Assembly: GCA_030248215.1 (NCBI GenBank)
Contig: JASANG010002922.1
Span: 1-64,000, forward strand
From: Enoplolaimus lenunculus
Taxonomy: Eukaryota
Length of the DNA stretch: 64,000 nucleotides
Direction of reading: 5' to 3'
Shown here: positions 38,138 to 50,765 of the stretch, piece after piece
How positions within the stretch are numbered: position 1 is the first letter of the stretch
Layout of the letters: every line of letters starts with the position of its first letter
Notes under the pieces: generated by a model
The model's input: only the letters and a program-made list of their open reading frames with translations
The model's database searches: none
What the model was told of the DNA's origin: nothing
Made by a program: the position numbers and the translations under genes

Positions 38138-41017
38138 CTAAACACCTTCCATTCCATACCAGGACGGATGAAAATAATCAGTTCGATTAAGCATTTGATC
38201 CATTTTGCTTCCACGTCGAGGCCAGCCATTGTAGTAAATCACATCCCCGCCGCTCAGGTACCCTGCCCACCAGCTATAAGTCCCCTGACTAATAATTAAA
38301 TGGTTCAGCGACGCTAAAGCACACAGATCAACTTCTCGATACCCTGAATTTGCGTGTACAATCAGACGCTTCGCGCTAGACTCTGTATCGACAGCGTGAG
38401 AACGCCTAGAATCAGTGGAGCCACCATGGGAACTTTCGTTAAGTACCGTGGGAAAATTTTGACGAGCCCAATAGACAGAATCACTAAATACTATATATAC
38501 AATTCGTTTTGAAGGATACCGACGCTCGAATTCGGACATTGCGTTAAGATAGTATAATGGAGGTGCCGCTGTGTGACCATGCTAAACAATAAAACAGTTT
38601 ACTATTTGTTGCATTTTGTACCAAACCGCAAATATAGAGATGGTATCTAGTCTGCTTAGTGCAAATGCGAAGATGTATTGCACTGTATTGTATGCTTACC
38701 GGCAACACACGGCCTACATATACAGTCGACAATAAAAGTAGTTAGCGAGGCGGGTGCGGGCAACCTGGCCTAATTGGAGAGCGTCAGCCTAACGGGCTGT
38801 AAGTTGCCAGTTAGAAACCACCTGTATCCCGCTTTTGCAGCTGCTTGTGATCTAAAGTCGAGGTTCCTACATAGACTGACAAATTGTACTCTAAAGCCTA
38901 CCTCTAAGACTAAAGCATGAGCCTAAGGGTTGTGTTATACTTTACTGTGTCAGATGCCGCTGCGCGCCTCAATGCGTTGCTAGCGAAAATATAGGCAAAA
39001 TCTATCAGGTGGCGTGTGACAGTTTCTATAATAAACAAAGTTTACTGTGCCGCGGGTCGACACACAGCGAGCGCAGCGCAGTTCTAAGCCTTTACCTTGA
39101 ATATGATCGAAAATCTCAGTGAGCGAAAGTAAACAAGAGTCAACAATTGGTTAAGTACCTCAACATTGCGCATATTATGTGTCATATCCATACCATGGCG
39201 TACATGAACTCCGACTAGTGTCACCCGGTTTGAGTCAACTTTCGCTTCTTTAACCGCTGCCTGTATCAGCTTGGCAGCTCTTTGACGAATATCAGGCAAA
39301 AAATCAAACTCTTGTAAAATGTCGCTTCGAATCGTGTCAAAATAACGCCAAGATTGAAAATAACCAAACAATATTACACGATCCGTTGGAGGTCCAGGGT
39401 CCAGAGGGTTGTTGACAGTTAAATTTGTCTCAGATGCTATTTCATCATGACGTGGGCGGTGTAAAAGAGCGTCTTTGGCGTATTTGTTAATTACCCGGCC
39501 GGATTTTGAGTATAGAATGTGATTTGTTTGGCTCTCGGAGGTACTTGAGCTGTTCGTAGTCAAATTCACTGCAAGCCAATCGACTACAGGCAGATAGTAA
39601 CGGCAACAGTCTCGAGCGTAAACTCGTCGCCAGCGCGCTAACCGCACTACTCTATCCAGAGTAACGTTGTTGGCGAGTTTTGCGGCTGGAAGCCAAAATG
39701 CGCGTCTGAAAATATTTATTTAGCAAAACACATTATAGAGCTTTAACTCTTGCAGCACGTCAAGATACTGGACCCCCATGCAGAAACCCCCAAACCTAAT
39801 TCGATGTCCCCAAATATAATTTTCTGCGGACGCCCCTGGCCCAGACCAAAAATTTCCACTGTCTTAAAATAGCAAAAATACTTATTTTGCACACTTTGCT
39901 CCATATCGCATATTTAAACTTAAGCCTCAGCCAAAGGAACATAAGCAATGCCTTAGGCTTGCTTAATCTTGCTTCAGGTTTTACTTAGACTTACTTAGAC
40001 GTGTGTAAGCGTTTTCCTAAGCTGAAGCGAAAATATGAGGGAACCACAACAAACAGCCAAAAAAAAACTACACCGAACCTCAATAAAATGTTATTCGGAA
40101 TGATAATATTTGCGTTGGACGGCTTTGAAAGTGCATACATTGACGCATACTGAAACATTAAATTGCCAAGTCCAGGACTGAACGAAAAGTTTGCGGTGAG
40201 CAACGGAACACCAGACGATTGGACTAGAGTTGAGATCTGAGCAACGAGCGGTGTTGCCGGTGTCGGCCACGGTGGTGGCTTTGGAATATCGTCTCCTGAA
40301 AAAAAATATTTTTTAAAGCAATTTTATCCATAATATTTTTGACGATTTGTTGGGCCCATGTATAGGGCTGGATCGTTTTCCGGAGGGGCTATAATAGAGT
40401 CAGTTTGAAGTTTAGACTAATTATTTTTTGCTTAGGCTTAGGCTTAGGATTAGGAATAGACTCATCCGTACGCCTTTACATGGGCCACGATTTAGAACTA
40501 CGGAGAAGTCACAGAATACGAATTAAACTTTAACTCGGTGAACTTCTGAGTTATTAAAAGTGTTCCGACACCAGCTGCGAAAAAAACTTGCACGTGTGAA
40601 TAACATGTTCTTTGTAAACGGCCCTACTGTCCGAAGTGCACACAATCCTGGATGGATAAAAAACGCGATTAGCAGGCTTTGCAGAATACCTTCCAGATCT
40701 TAGAGGTCAAAAAATGTCTTTCACATGAAGGTTTTATAAACTCTCACAATCTGAAATATTGGCCACATCCCTGAGTTACCTTGCGGAAATACTCGTGACT
40801 TGGTAAGCACAAAACGTTGTAAAACACGTTGATCAATGTTACCCCGTCGTATGAATGATCCCGGATTATGGATTTGGACGTAATCAGACAGATTGAGTAG
40901 CATTGCAATGCAAATAATAAATAGAACAATTGCAGCAATGAGACATGCTGAAAAATTAATAACATCCTCCGCGTCGAACCCTCCGAAGAGACATCGAAAT
41001 CCATCGCAGAGGTTCAA
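38138..41017 (-). CDS. Glycosyltransferase family 11 alpha-1,2-fucosyltransferase, type II membrane protein. Exons ~41017-40780, 40295-40079, 39705-39159, 38581-38138; start codon probably in an unresolved upstream exon
   Basis: N-terminal TM (CLIAAIVLFIICIAMLL), GLGNLMFQYAS, GYFQSWRYF, VGVHVRHGMD, VFSDSVYWARQNF, HLIISQGTYSWWAGYL: hallmark GT11 motifs, with in-phase splice sites. Confidence 0.92.
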
Positions 41018-42038
41018 CTGAGGTTTGTTGGTTACTTGACGAGGCCCATGTTACTTTAAGGGGCGCGTCCAGGTTTCTGGTGGGTCCATAAAAGAGTAGT
41101 TTTAGATTCTAGATTACATTTTTCGCTTAGGATTAGGCTTAGGAACACTGTTTTGCAACGCTTAGGTTTAGGCTTAGGCTTGGGAATACGCTTCATCTAC
41201 TGTTACGCCCCTTAAAGTAACATTGACCCTTTACGAGATCTGGTGTCGTTCAATGATTGGCCAATTTTTTGAGAAGATAATTCTTTTATGCCTAGACTTG
41301 TGAGTTTGTTGTTGTTTGTTCAAAGGGGGTGGCCACGTTCCGTCAGGAAATTTTGTTGCGATTACATTTCGAGAATAAAACAATGTCTAAAAGTATTTTC
41401 GCCAACGAGCGTAGCGAATAAGAAAATTGTTTCAACTTCTGTAGGCTGGTTATTCTACAGCCTGTAAAAGTATCTTTTTTATAAGTCGGTCGAAATTTCG
41501 CGAAAATATATTCCGTCTATTTCCGTGTATACGCCCTTGGACAAAAGATCAGTTTGTTTACCTTTGAAGCATCGTAACGCGACAGAATTAACAAACATTT
41601 ATCGGCAAATGCCTAAAACTACTTTAAAAATCGGCTAATTTTATTCAATTATTTACTACTTTCTTAATTTGAGTAAATTTAAAAACCATAAAATACATCC
41701 GTTTAGTATTCGAAGAATTCCACTTTGGCACTAAAATTGTAGCCTTGGCCCATATTCTCAAATGCGCGCAGTAACTATCATCAGTATAGTAATCGATTTT
41801 CAAACGCATTTATTGCAGTTGTTGAGCTTAAAATTGGTACAGGAGCAGATCAAATTATATGCGAAAAACATGATGAATTTTGCGTCTCGGCATTCACTGG
41901 TTCGATAGTTACAAGACATACCTCCAGTATTCACTGGTTCGAAAGTTACAAAATATATCTCCAACTGGTGATAGTTGCTACACACATTTGGTGCCCGTAT
42001 TTACGTCGGGTCAAAAAACAAAGCGCCTTTCACGTTTT

Positions 42039-42198
42039 TGCCAATATAAAGAACACGGGCGGAACAGTATTATAAGCATATTCCTAAGCCTAAGCATAAG
42101 CCTAAGCCACAGCCAAGCAAAACAAATAGTCTAAAGCTTAAGCTTATTCATTTCTAGTCCGGCAGAAAAACGTTCCGCCCCTGATCTTTACATGGGCC
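42039..42198. mobile_element. TTAGGC-carrying MITE copy (reverse orientation)
   Basis: TIRs plus perfect TSD CACGTTTT. Confidence 0.9.
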
Positions 42199-43679
42199 CA
42201 CGTTTTTGAATAAAGGGTTCATATTTACTCTTCAAAAACTGGTTTTTGACAAATGTTAAAGCGCTCTACTTTACAAAAACGCGTTTTCTAACATGTTGTT
42301 TGAATTACAAAATGCGGTTGAGATATGGACCCGTGTAAAGATTATGAATAGGCACCGGATATCCGGATATGAAAAATATCCCGATATGTATCCGAAATGA
42401 AACGTGTATCCGCATATCCAAATATCCGAAATGTTTTTGTCTAAAAAATTTTTGGAATAATTTGCATGGTTTCACCACCAAAGTAGCCGGAGCCGAAACT
42501 CAAAAAACACAAAATCGAGTTTCGCATATCCGAAATAGAAAATTTAATTTCGGATATCCGGATAAGAATTGCCAGATATCCGGATATAAAAAATATCTGA
42601 TGCCCATCACTAGTAAGGATCAGAGGTCGGAACGTATTTCTGCGAAGCTGAAATGGAGTAAGCTTAAGCTTTAGACTAATTTTTTACTTAGGCTTAGGCA
42701 TAAGTTCAATGTTACGCTTAGGCTTCGGCTTACGATTAAGAAAATGCTTGTGATACTGTTCCGGCCTTGTTTTTTTGACATTGGCCGAAATATGCTTCGA
42801 TTTTTGACACTAGATAGCTTAAAAACAATGCAATCTTTTGGATAAACGGTTAAAATTTTACAATTTCGTTTTTACTGCGGACAATTTGTATAATTTGGAG
42901 ATGACAAACGCCAGCAAAGATATTAAAATGTTTTTTGTGAAATGTGAAAAATAATTGCATTTCAAACACAAACTTAAAATACAAAGCATTTATGATGTCT
43001 GAATGTTCACCTTTGGTCGAGTATAGTTTTCAATTTCAACCCTGAATTTAAATATAAAACACACATCTGGAGCAATTAAAAGTTTAAAATACTACGTTTC
43101 TTACACAAAATCAACTTCAAATGTACAAAAATTCCGCTGTATTTTTTTTGCTTTCAAACTTTGCTTTTCTGAAATGACAAAATAATAATATTATGTGGCT
43201 TGTTTTGGCTATTTTGGAGTGTTTTTATGATTTTTCATTTCAAAATGTATTAACGTTGCAATTGCTGGTATAGAATGTATTTCAGCAATTGATCAAACTG
43301 CAATTAGCGAACAGGAATGTATTATCTCTACAGGCATTTACAAGTCTCTTGTAGTTGGCAGGGTCCTATACTCAAAGCCAGTGCCAAGGAAAAAAGTCTA
43401 CCGAATCCCAGGACGGCTGGATATTTTGTGGGTCATAGGTGCTGGATCGGAGTGGGTGACTCCAACATCCATATTTTGTTTAGAATTTTATTCGTACCAT
43501 GTGATTGTGGAATAAACGTAAATTCAAGCATGACAAGGCGTTACCGATAATATTTATCTCTGTCTATGACTTCTGATACTTCAATGTGTGGCTCAGGGCG
43601 TTTTTACTACGATTATTTTTTTATTGCTGATTAGCTGTTTTAGCACTTTTGTCTTTATTTGACGGGTTGGTTGGAACTT

Positions 43680-43790
43680 TATTATTATTATTATTACTAT
43701 TATTAATTATTATTATTAATTATTATTATTAATTATTATTACTATTATTAATTATTATTATTATTATTATTGTTGTTGTTATATTATTAC
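43680..43790. repeat. (ATT)n microsatellite
   Basis: Visible imperfect ATT run. Confidence 0.95.
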
Positions 43791-44651
43791 CTACAACAAT
43801 TTCTTCATGTTATGTGGCGTACAAAATTACTGTACGGTTTTAGAACCCGCTCGGGCTTGAGCTTCAAGCTTCTACAGCTGAGACGGTATACGTCGTGTAG
43901 GTGGCTCTGCCACTCTTAAACCTTTTTCAAACTAAAAACTAAAATCTAAAATAAAACCCTATATCAAAACCACACCTTAAGGGAGTCCCTGGCTCCACCT
44001 AGCCTCTCGTAGAACTTAAGTTAGGCTTAGGCGTTGCTACAAGGTGTAGAAATTATAAAATGCATGCTATGGCGGCTGTGTCCGCAGTGTCAAACTTACC
44101 TGGGCCCTGCGTGGCCATTGAATAATATTTTATATTGTTTTGGCCGTATTTGCTGAAAGGACATAGCTAGGCTATGTCAGCACCAAAATGGTGCTCGTTT
44201 ATTGGGTGTTGTACCGGTTATTGTTGTTGTTGTTGTAGGTGGAGTGTTGTACAGGGTGTGTGGCTCTGGACCTCAACCGCATAGCGGACACCCAATTGTG
44301 GGTGTCGGCGAAATGCAAATGAGGTCGAGATGCCGAAAAGGGTAGCCAGGACCGGAATCAGTATTGCATTCTTAGCTGGTGGAAACGGTTGTTAATTTTT
44401 GGTCTCAGATATTTGGTGCGCATATATAGTTTTATTTGACCTACTTTGTTGGACTTGAACGGATCGCGGTAAGTAAGATTGAATTAGATTAGGTTAGTTA
44501 TAGTCACGGTGGCACAAGGATGTGAAGGAAACTACGGAGTATTGGTTTAGTCGGCATTGTGCAAGGCGCGGAAATTACCCAGTATTGGATACTGGTGTCA
44601 TGTGTTAAAGGAGAAACTTGGGAATTACCGGAGAACCTGGGAAAAGTAGTC

Positions 44652-44798
44652 TAATAAATCTAACGGGGTTAGATTTATTATTCTACAACGGCTGGGCCAA
44701 ATCTAACGGGGTTAGATTGGTCGGAAATTTGATGTAACTCTAACGGGGTTAGAGTACACGGTTTAACAGGGTGTGATTCTAACGGGGTTAGAATTGCA
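44652..44798. repeat. Array of four TCTAACGGGGTTAGA hairpins
   Basis: Identical 15-mer palindromic cores at 44659, 44702, 44739 and 44778 with unique intervening sequence. Confidence 0.95.
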
Positions 44799-45332
44799 CG
44801 GATTTTGGAAAACGGCAAAAGTATTGGGAACGGTACAGCCAGTGGCTGGATTAAACCAGATTCAGGCGTCGGCTTTAAGGATTCCGGCTCAGGTTGCCAG
44901 TTAAATTGCATAATCTGTGATTTACTGGTGTTAAATATTGGATATTGGTATTGTACAGGATTTGGGTTGGGGTTCAGTAAACATTTACCGGCCGCGTTTT
45001 ACTAAATCAGAGCGATAAGCATACATCGAGGTAAAGAACTATACAGGAGATACAGGATACAAGGCTTAGTCAAAATCACGAACTTCTCACACGTCGCACA
45101 GCCAAAAGCCTTTCAGCTGAAATCCTTGCTTGAAACTTAAGATAAAAGTCGATATGAAAAATATTCACGCAGGAAAGACTTGAATCAATGCATAATATTC
45201 CGTAACATGAAATTGACAAATTTTATATCTCGTAGATTAAAAATAACAGGCGCAAACGAATATATTAATAGTACTGCAAGTTTAACCGTTGCAAAATTAA
45301 ATATTACCATTGTTTAACACTGCAAACGTGCA

Positions 45333-45478
45333 ATATATATGTATATATATGTATATGTATGTATGTATATATATTTATATACATACATACATATACATAT
45401 ATATACATATATATACATATATATATATGTATATATATGTATATGTATGTATGTATATATATTTATATATAATATATA
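45333..45478. repeat. Compound (TA)/(TATG)/(TACA) microsatellite
   Basis: Visible. Confidence 0.95.
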
Positions 45479-46714
45479 AAATTAAAAAAATCGCAAAATA
45501 ATTACGCAACAAAACATTACAAATTGCTGCTGAAATCTAGTTCAAGATCAACACATTGTCACGATCACGCGTTACAAAACTATAAAATTTTTTTGGGTTT
45601 ATTAGGATGGAGATACACGTGAACAACGGGACTGCTGAACAATTATATGGCAGTTTTTAATAGTTAAAAAATTATAGAAAACTTCGAACAAAATAAACTA
45701 AAATCGAAGTAAAGTTCTGGGTTTTTGTGCACTATTGCCCAAAGGCTTAGGTTTACGCTTAGGTTTCAGGAACTGATTAAGTCTAAGCCTAAACGTTTGA
45801 ATAAGCCTTTAGCTGTAACGTTTAGCTCTGAGCCTATGCTTAAACTTTAAATGTGAGGGCAAATGTGTATGAGCTGAGTACTGGACTGATTAGATATATT
45901 TTGATCCGGACAATATATCGCAGTATCATAGTAGCAATTTAGCATTTATTTCTATTACTGTAGTGACCCGAATAAGAGGGTGTGGGGTAATAAGAGGGGG
46001 TCCCCATTTTGAGTCCCAATCAATAGGAGTTCGTATCCCTAATAAGAGTCCGTAAGCAGATAGAGTCCCTAAATTTTAATTAGAGTCCATGAAGGTCAGT
46101 TATCCCTAATTGTAGTGCATAAACGACTTCAGTACCAAATAAAATTGAGTTCGAAACTTTAAGGCGTACTTAAATATTGAAAGTACATTTCTAAGTATAA
46201 CCTTTAATTGATTGCTCAAGCTATTGACACAACACAAACAAACATTTAATTCAACGGATAGTTGCAGTACCGGATATATATCAGTAACGAAGGGTGGCGG
46301 ATTGTGGATTAAAAATAAATAACAGTCCGTAACGAATATTAACAAGGGGAGTACCCTCTGGAGAGGGCAAATAAATATCAGTCCCCCCTCTTATTCGGGT
46401 CACACAGTACAAGCATATGACTAATGAACACTTTCGCCCACATTGACAATTATAGGCTTCGGCTTAGGATAAAGCTTGTACAAGCCCAGGTTAAAGTTTT
46501 TGGTTAACCCTTCGCCTGTTAACGTTCAGACTTAGGCACGGCTGATGCTTATACTTAACGGTTAGGCGTAAACCTCGTTGAATACTGACTTAATAAATTA
46601 AAAAAAGCTGTAAATACGTTTTAGTTAAACGAGTTATTTTCTTCTGTCAGAATTTCAAAATCTAATATTTATGCTCATAAATTGTCAACGCCTAATAGCG
46701 TTGGAGGCTTCAAA

Positions 46715-48985
46715 ATGTTTTCTAGTGATACAGAAAGTGTATGCGCTTGGTTGCTCACGGCTTGTATGATTTGTGTTGTATTTTCTATAAATATGCATGC
46801 GAATACCATAGACATTAAACAGTGTAAAGACAAAAATAATTGTCGGGATTTGCTTCATAGAAACATTATACGTCGTATTGATTCAGGTTAGGATGAACCA
46901 GGGTTGTTGGCCGGAAAAAATTACCGGAAAAATATGGTTTTTTCCATTTTTTCCGAGGGGGTGGAAAAAATGGAAAAATATTAAACGATTCTTAAATATA
47001 ATTTGCAACTAAATATGATATAAAATAACGTTTTTAGATGACATGCAACTAATTTTCATGCAACACATTAGAAGTGACCGTGTGCAATGTCTACCAGGAC
47101 ACATTATATGTCCGAAAAGAGCGAAAATTGCAGCATATGAATTTATAAATGGATTTCAGAATTAAAAATTTGCCAAGAGATTCAATGTAAAATTACTTAT
47201 GCAACTTGTTCGGTTCACTCACCAAGTTTCGTCGACAGTGGGGCCAAAGTTAGGGTGCTCAAAACTGAAAGCTTGCTTTTACCGTACGATTTAACACAAG
47301 AATATATACGTCTAGCTTCAACCTCTCTTTGCTCGCGAGGTGCAGCAATTGAGTGGTTTGATGTCAGAAAAAAACCCAAAAGTATCTTGGGATTTAATGT
47401 ATACTTTAAAAAGTGTGAGTTGTTGAGCTCGCTCCATTCATGAGTTTCTGATGTTCTGATGACCTCTTCCGATTATTCCATGCCTAAATTTAAATTCCTA
47501 ATAAAATCGAATTTTAAGGTCCCCAATTAATTCACTGTACTCAAAATGTTTTTGTCGAAAAATTATACAAATTACATATGTACCATTTGACACAGGTTGC
47601 GGAGCTAAGACGAATATTGTTCAATGTTTCCCAATCAGACGTCTGCCTGTGGCCTTAAAAATCGAATTTTGCAAAAATTTAGATTTGGACATGGAATGAT
47701 CAGAGGATGTCATCAGAAGCTAAAATATGCAAAAACTTTCAAAATGCAAGCATTTTTGGGCAAACGACGGCTAAGTGTGGGCTAACCGATCACTCAGACC
47801 AAGACTGGTTATTTTCCATTTTTACCATTTTTTCCGGTAAAAAATGGAAAAAATCATTTTTTCCGGTCATAATTTTTTTCTAGAAAAAAGAACGCTGGAA
47901 TCAACAAACGTTTACTCCCACAGTCCCATCCTCTGTGATCCTATTGATTGACTGAGAAATCCAGCGTTGAAGTTTCTGCGTTCTCTAACTCGTCTTTTGC
48001 TCGACGTCAATGATGTCAACAACACAAAATAATCTTCGAGTTTTAAAAATGTATTCCTAAGCCTAAACCTAAGTTCAGTTGTGTGGGTGGGAAATGAAAA
48101 AGCGACAATAGTTGTTCTTATTGCCAAAACCATTTCAGAACATGATCTTCCTTTTGTCAAACTCATGAGACGACTTGATCAATTGTTATCTCGACTACCA
48201 GAGAGCAAATCGTCCAAATATTGTCCATCATTGCAAAATTTCTTTGCCAACTGCGTTGAAAAAAATTGTGTCGTGACAACGAAAGCGAACTCCACAGCAA
48301 GGCCGGCAGTTGAAAATTTAATTCATCAACTGCATACAGCAATAATTGAATATTGCAGTCAGGCTGAGTCCCGCGAAGCCGAAACAAATGACACTAAAAC
48401 AACGCAAAAGCAACCGAAAACAAATTTGGTATCGCTCAGTGCAGTGAGCTTGGTTGGTCTCCTAAAATTGGCGGTTTCTCAGAATTCTGCAGTCCCGTAT
48501 TAAATGTAAAGTGAAAAATGACTTTCCACTACATATTCATACATTCTATTGCAGAACATTCTACGTTTATATTGACAACGGAAAATGAACTTAAAAATTC
48601 CTCCGATTTCAGTTTGTGTGAAGCCCAAAATTACCATAACGGACTATACTAAAATATTAGTTGTCGTTCAATAGTATAAACGATATATAAAGCTAAAGAA
48701 TGAAACAGCAGTCGGAGTTTGAAGCAAAACTGTCGTCAAAGTATATTTTCTTGCTTTCAGGTTACATCTACAACTAAAACGACACTAGTGAAGACTACAA
48801 CAAGTACGCTCGATTCCACCAAGCGTCGTACGAGTACAGAGTCAACGGAAGTCAGCCAACCTGAGCAAGGAATCAAATTCAACTGGTCAATCTGTCCGGC
48901 ATTTGAAACTGAGATTGAACTGTCAATTGAAGAGGACTTTTCCTGGACTCCTGTAATAAAAAGCGGCAGTCGACACTTACAGATT
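46715..48985 (+). CDS. Hypothetical secreted protein with Cys-containing region and Thr/Ser-rich segment. Exons 46715-46886, 48079-~48427/48443, 48761-~48985; 3' end unresolved
   Basis: ATG followed by a hydrophobic signal-like stretch (WLLTACMICVVFSI). The phase-1 donor at 46887 matches the phase-1 acceptor at 48078, leading into the ORF 48081-48503. TTTCAG acceptor at 48760 opens a Thr-rich ORF. No family recognised. Confidence 0.5.
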
Positions 48986-50765
48986 GGTGTTGTGGTTAAT
49001 GTATTATATATTGCATGTTTAATTTGTGTAAATATATTTTAAATCGGACATAAAAATACGACACAAAAATGTACAGCAGTCGAAATTATAACAAATGTGG
49101 CGGTACTGTTTCCGTAAGGATTAAAAAATTGATATCTGATGGTCGCTGGGTAAATATCACATGAGATTTCACTAACAGAACTTGGTTTTGCATACCGTGG
49201 TGTACAAGTGTCAAGTCAATAAAACTACATGGTGGTGAGATACCGTAACATTTATGCAAAATAATGCCGATCACTGTTCCTTCATTCAATACGACGACAC
49301 GATTAATAATCAAAATATTGGTCTATACATTTAAAGCTGTCCCGCTGTCCCGGGATAACAACCAGCAGGATTGCAGCGTAGGCAAAACCAGCGATTAAAA
49401 CTCGCATGCATAGCCATAGATTTATTAATAATACACAATATAAGGGGCGTATCCAGGGGTTTTCAGGTTTCAATTTCCACTTCTCCGTTTGGGAATTTAA
49501 TTCTTTTAAGTACTGAAAGAGCTGAGATTTCTAACAAAGTATTTAACAATGTTTTTGGTGCTTTCAGCGTGAGAATTGGTTAGTTCTTGGGGCCGGCAGC
49601 CCCGCATCATGCTTAGGTTCCCTTAAAATCGCAGGGGTTTTGGGTGGCAGTGGTTTAATAAATTTTATATGCAACAAAAAGGGTGTGCATTGGTTTCAGG
49701 ACCTTGAAGTAACTTCATTTATGCTGAACCTAACTGAAAACTTATTACTTTTCAAAATTCTTATTGATCGGTGAGAAAACATGATTCGATTACATTATCA
49801 TTCTTTGAATCGAAATGGTAGTATGAATAAAAATATAATATTGATGTCACAATTTTTAGTTTTTTCTGTGATAAACAATTACTGGCCGGTCGGTGCACAT
49901 TACTAGACGACGCCAAGCCGACCTTCTTCAATGTCTATAGTTCGTTAAAACATTTCATGCAAACAAGGCATTTGCTTCAAATTAACCCCCGCCTAAACTA
50001 ACTGCTCCTGATGAGTAACGACCATTAAAAACGTTTACTAAACTTGGCACAAAATGGTATAAAACAATGAACTGAAACAAAATCAAATGCAGAGCAGTAA
50101 TTGCAATTTTATTGCATTAGCAAAACGTCTTATTAAAGGTAAATTATTTTATATTTCATCTTCAAACACAATTTTCCTTGGATACTCAAATTTCAGCTCA
50201 TAACTTCAATATTAAATAGAACCTCAAGATAGTAATATACAACCATGTTTCACTCTAGTGACCGTACTGTCAATCATACCACCCAGAGTTCCAACGGAAT
50301 TCTGATTCCGGCTGGAATTTCGACAAATTTTGAGTTCAACCTCGTCAGTTTGAAATCCTATCGCTAGCTGGTGGTGGTAGCAATAAGCATTTCACAATTC
50401 TTCAAATGCAACCATGCATCACTTAAACCGTGCTGAAACCAGTTTTAGAATAACCATGAACAGCTATCTCTACTCACAACTTTGAACATTCAACTATTTT
50501 GACACCGGTCCATGTTACGTTTGATGTCAGGTGCTTATGTAGTTGTAGGCGTAGCTAAACACTGGCAAGTGCACCACCTGACGCTTCACTGAAAACTCTG
50601 CGACCCCCGTTCAGAAATTTACCCCCCCCCTGTTGCCAACCGGGATCCGCTGGGTTGATGCACCCACTCCGGCGCTACCCACCCAGCGAATGCCCAGAAT
50701 CAAGAGTTACGTCCCTAAAAGTAACACTAGCCTTGACACCAATACCACCTCATTAATTTTACGCT

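Noticed and set aside
44652..44798. CRISPR array
   Set aside because: Repeats are only 15 bp, spacer ends pair with each other as stem extensions, there are no cas genes, and the context is eukaryotic.
45310..45501. Tyr/Ile-rich ORF
   Set aside because: Translation of a TA microsatellite.
16351..46345. Similar ORFs at 16351, 19308, 31654 and 46106 as a protein family
   Set aside because: They lie within copies of a ~440 bp non-coding MITE and show no transposase motifs.
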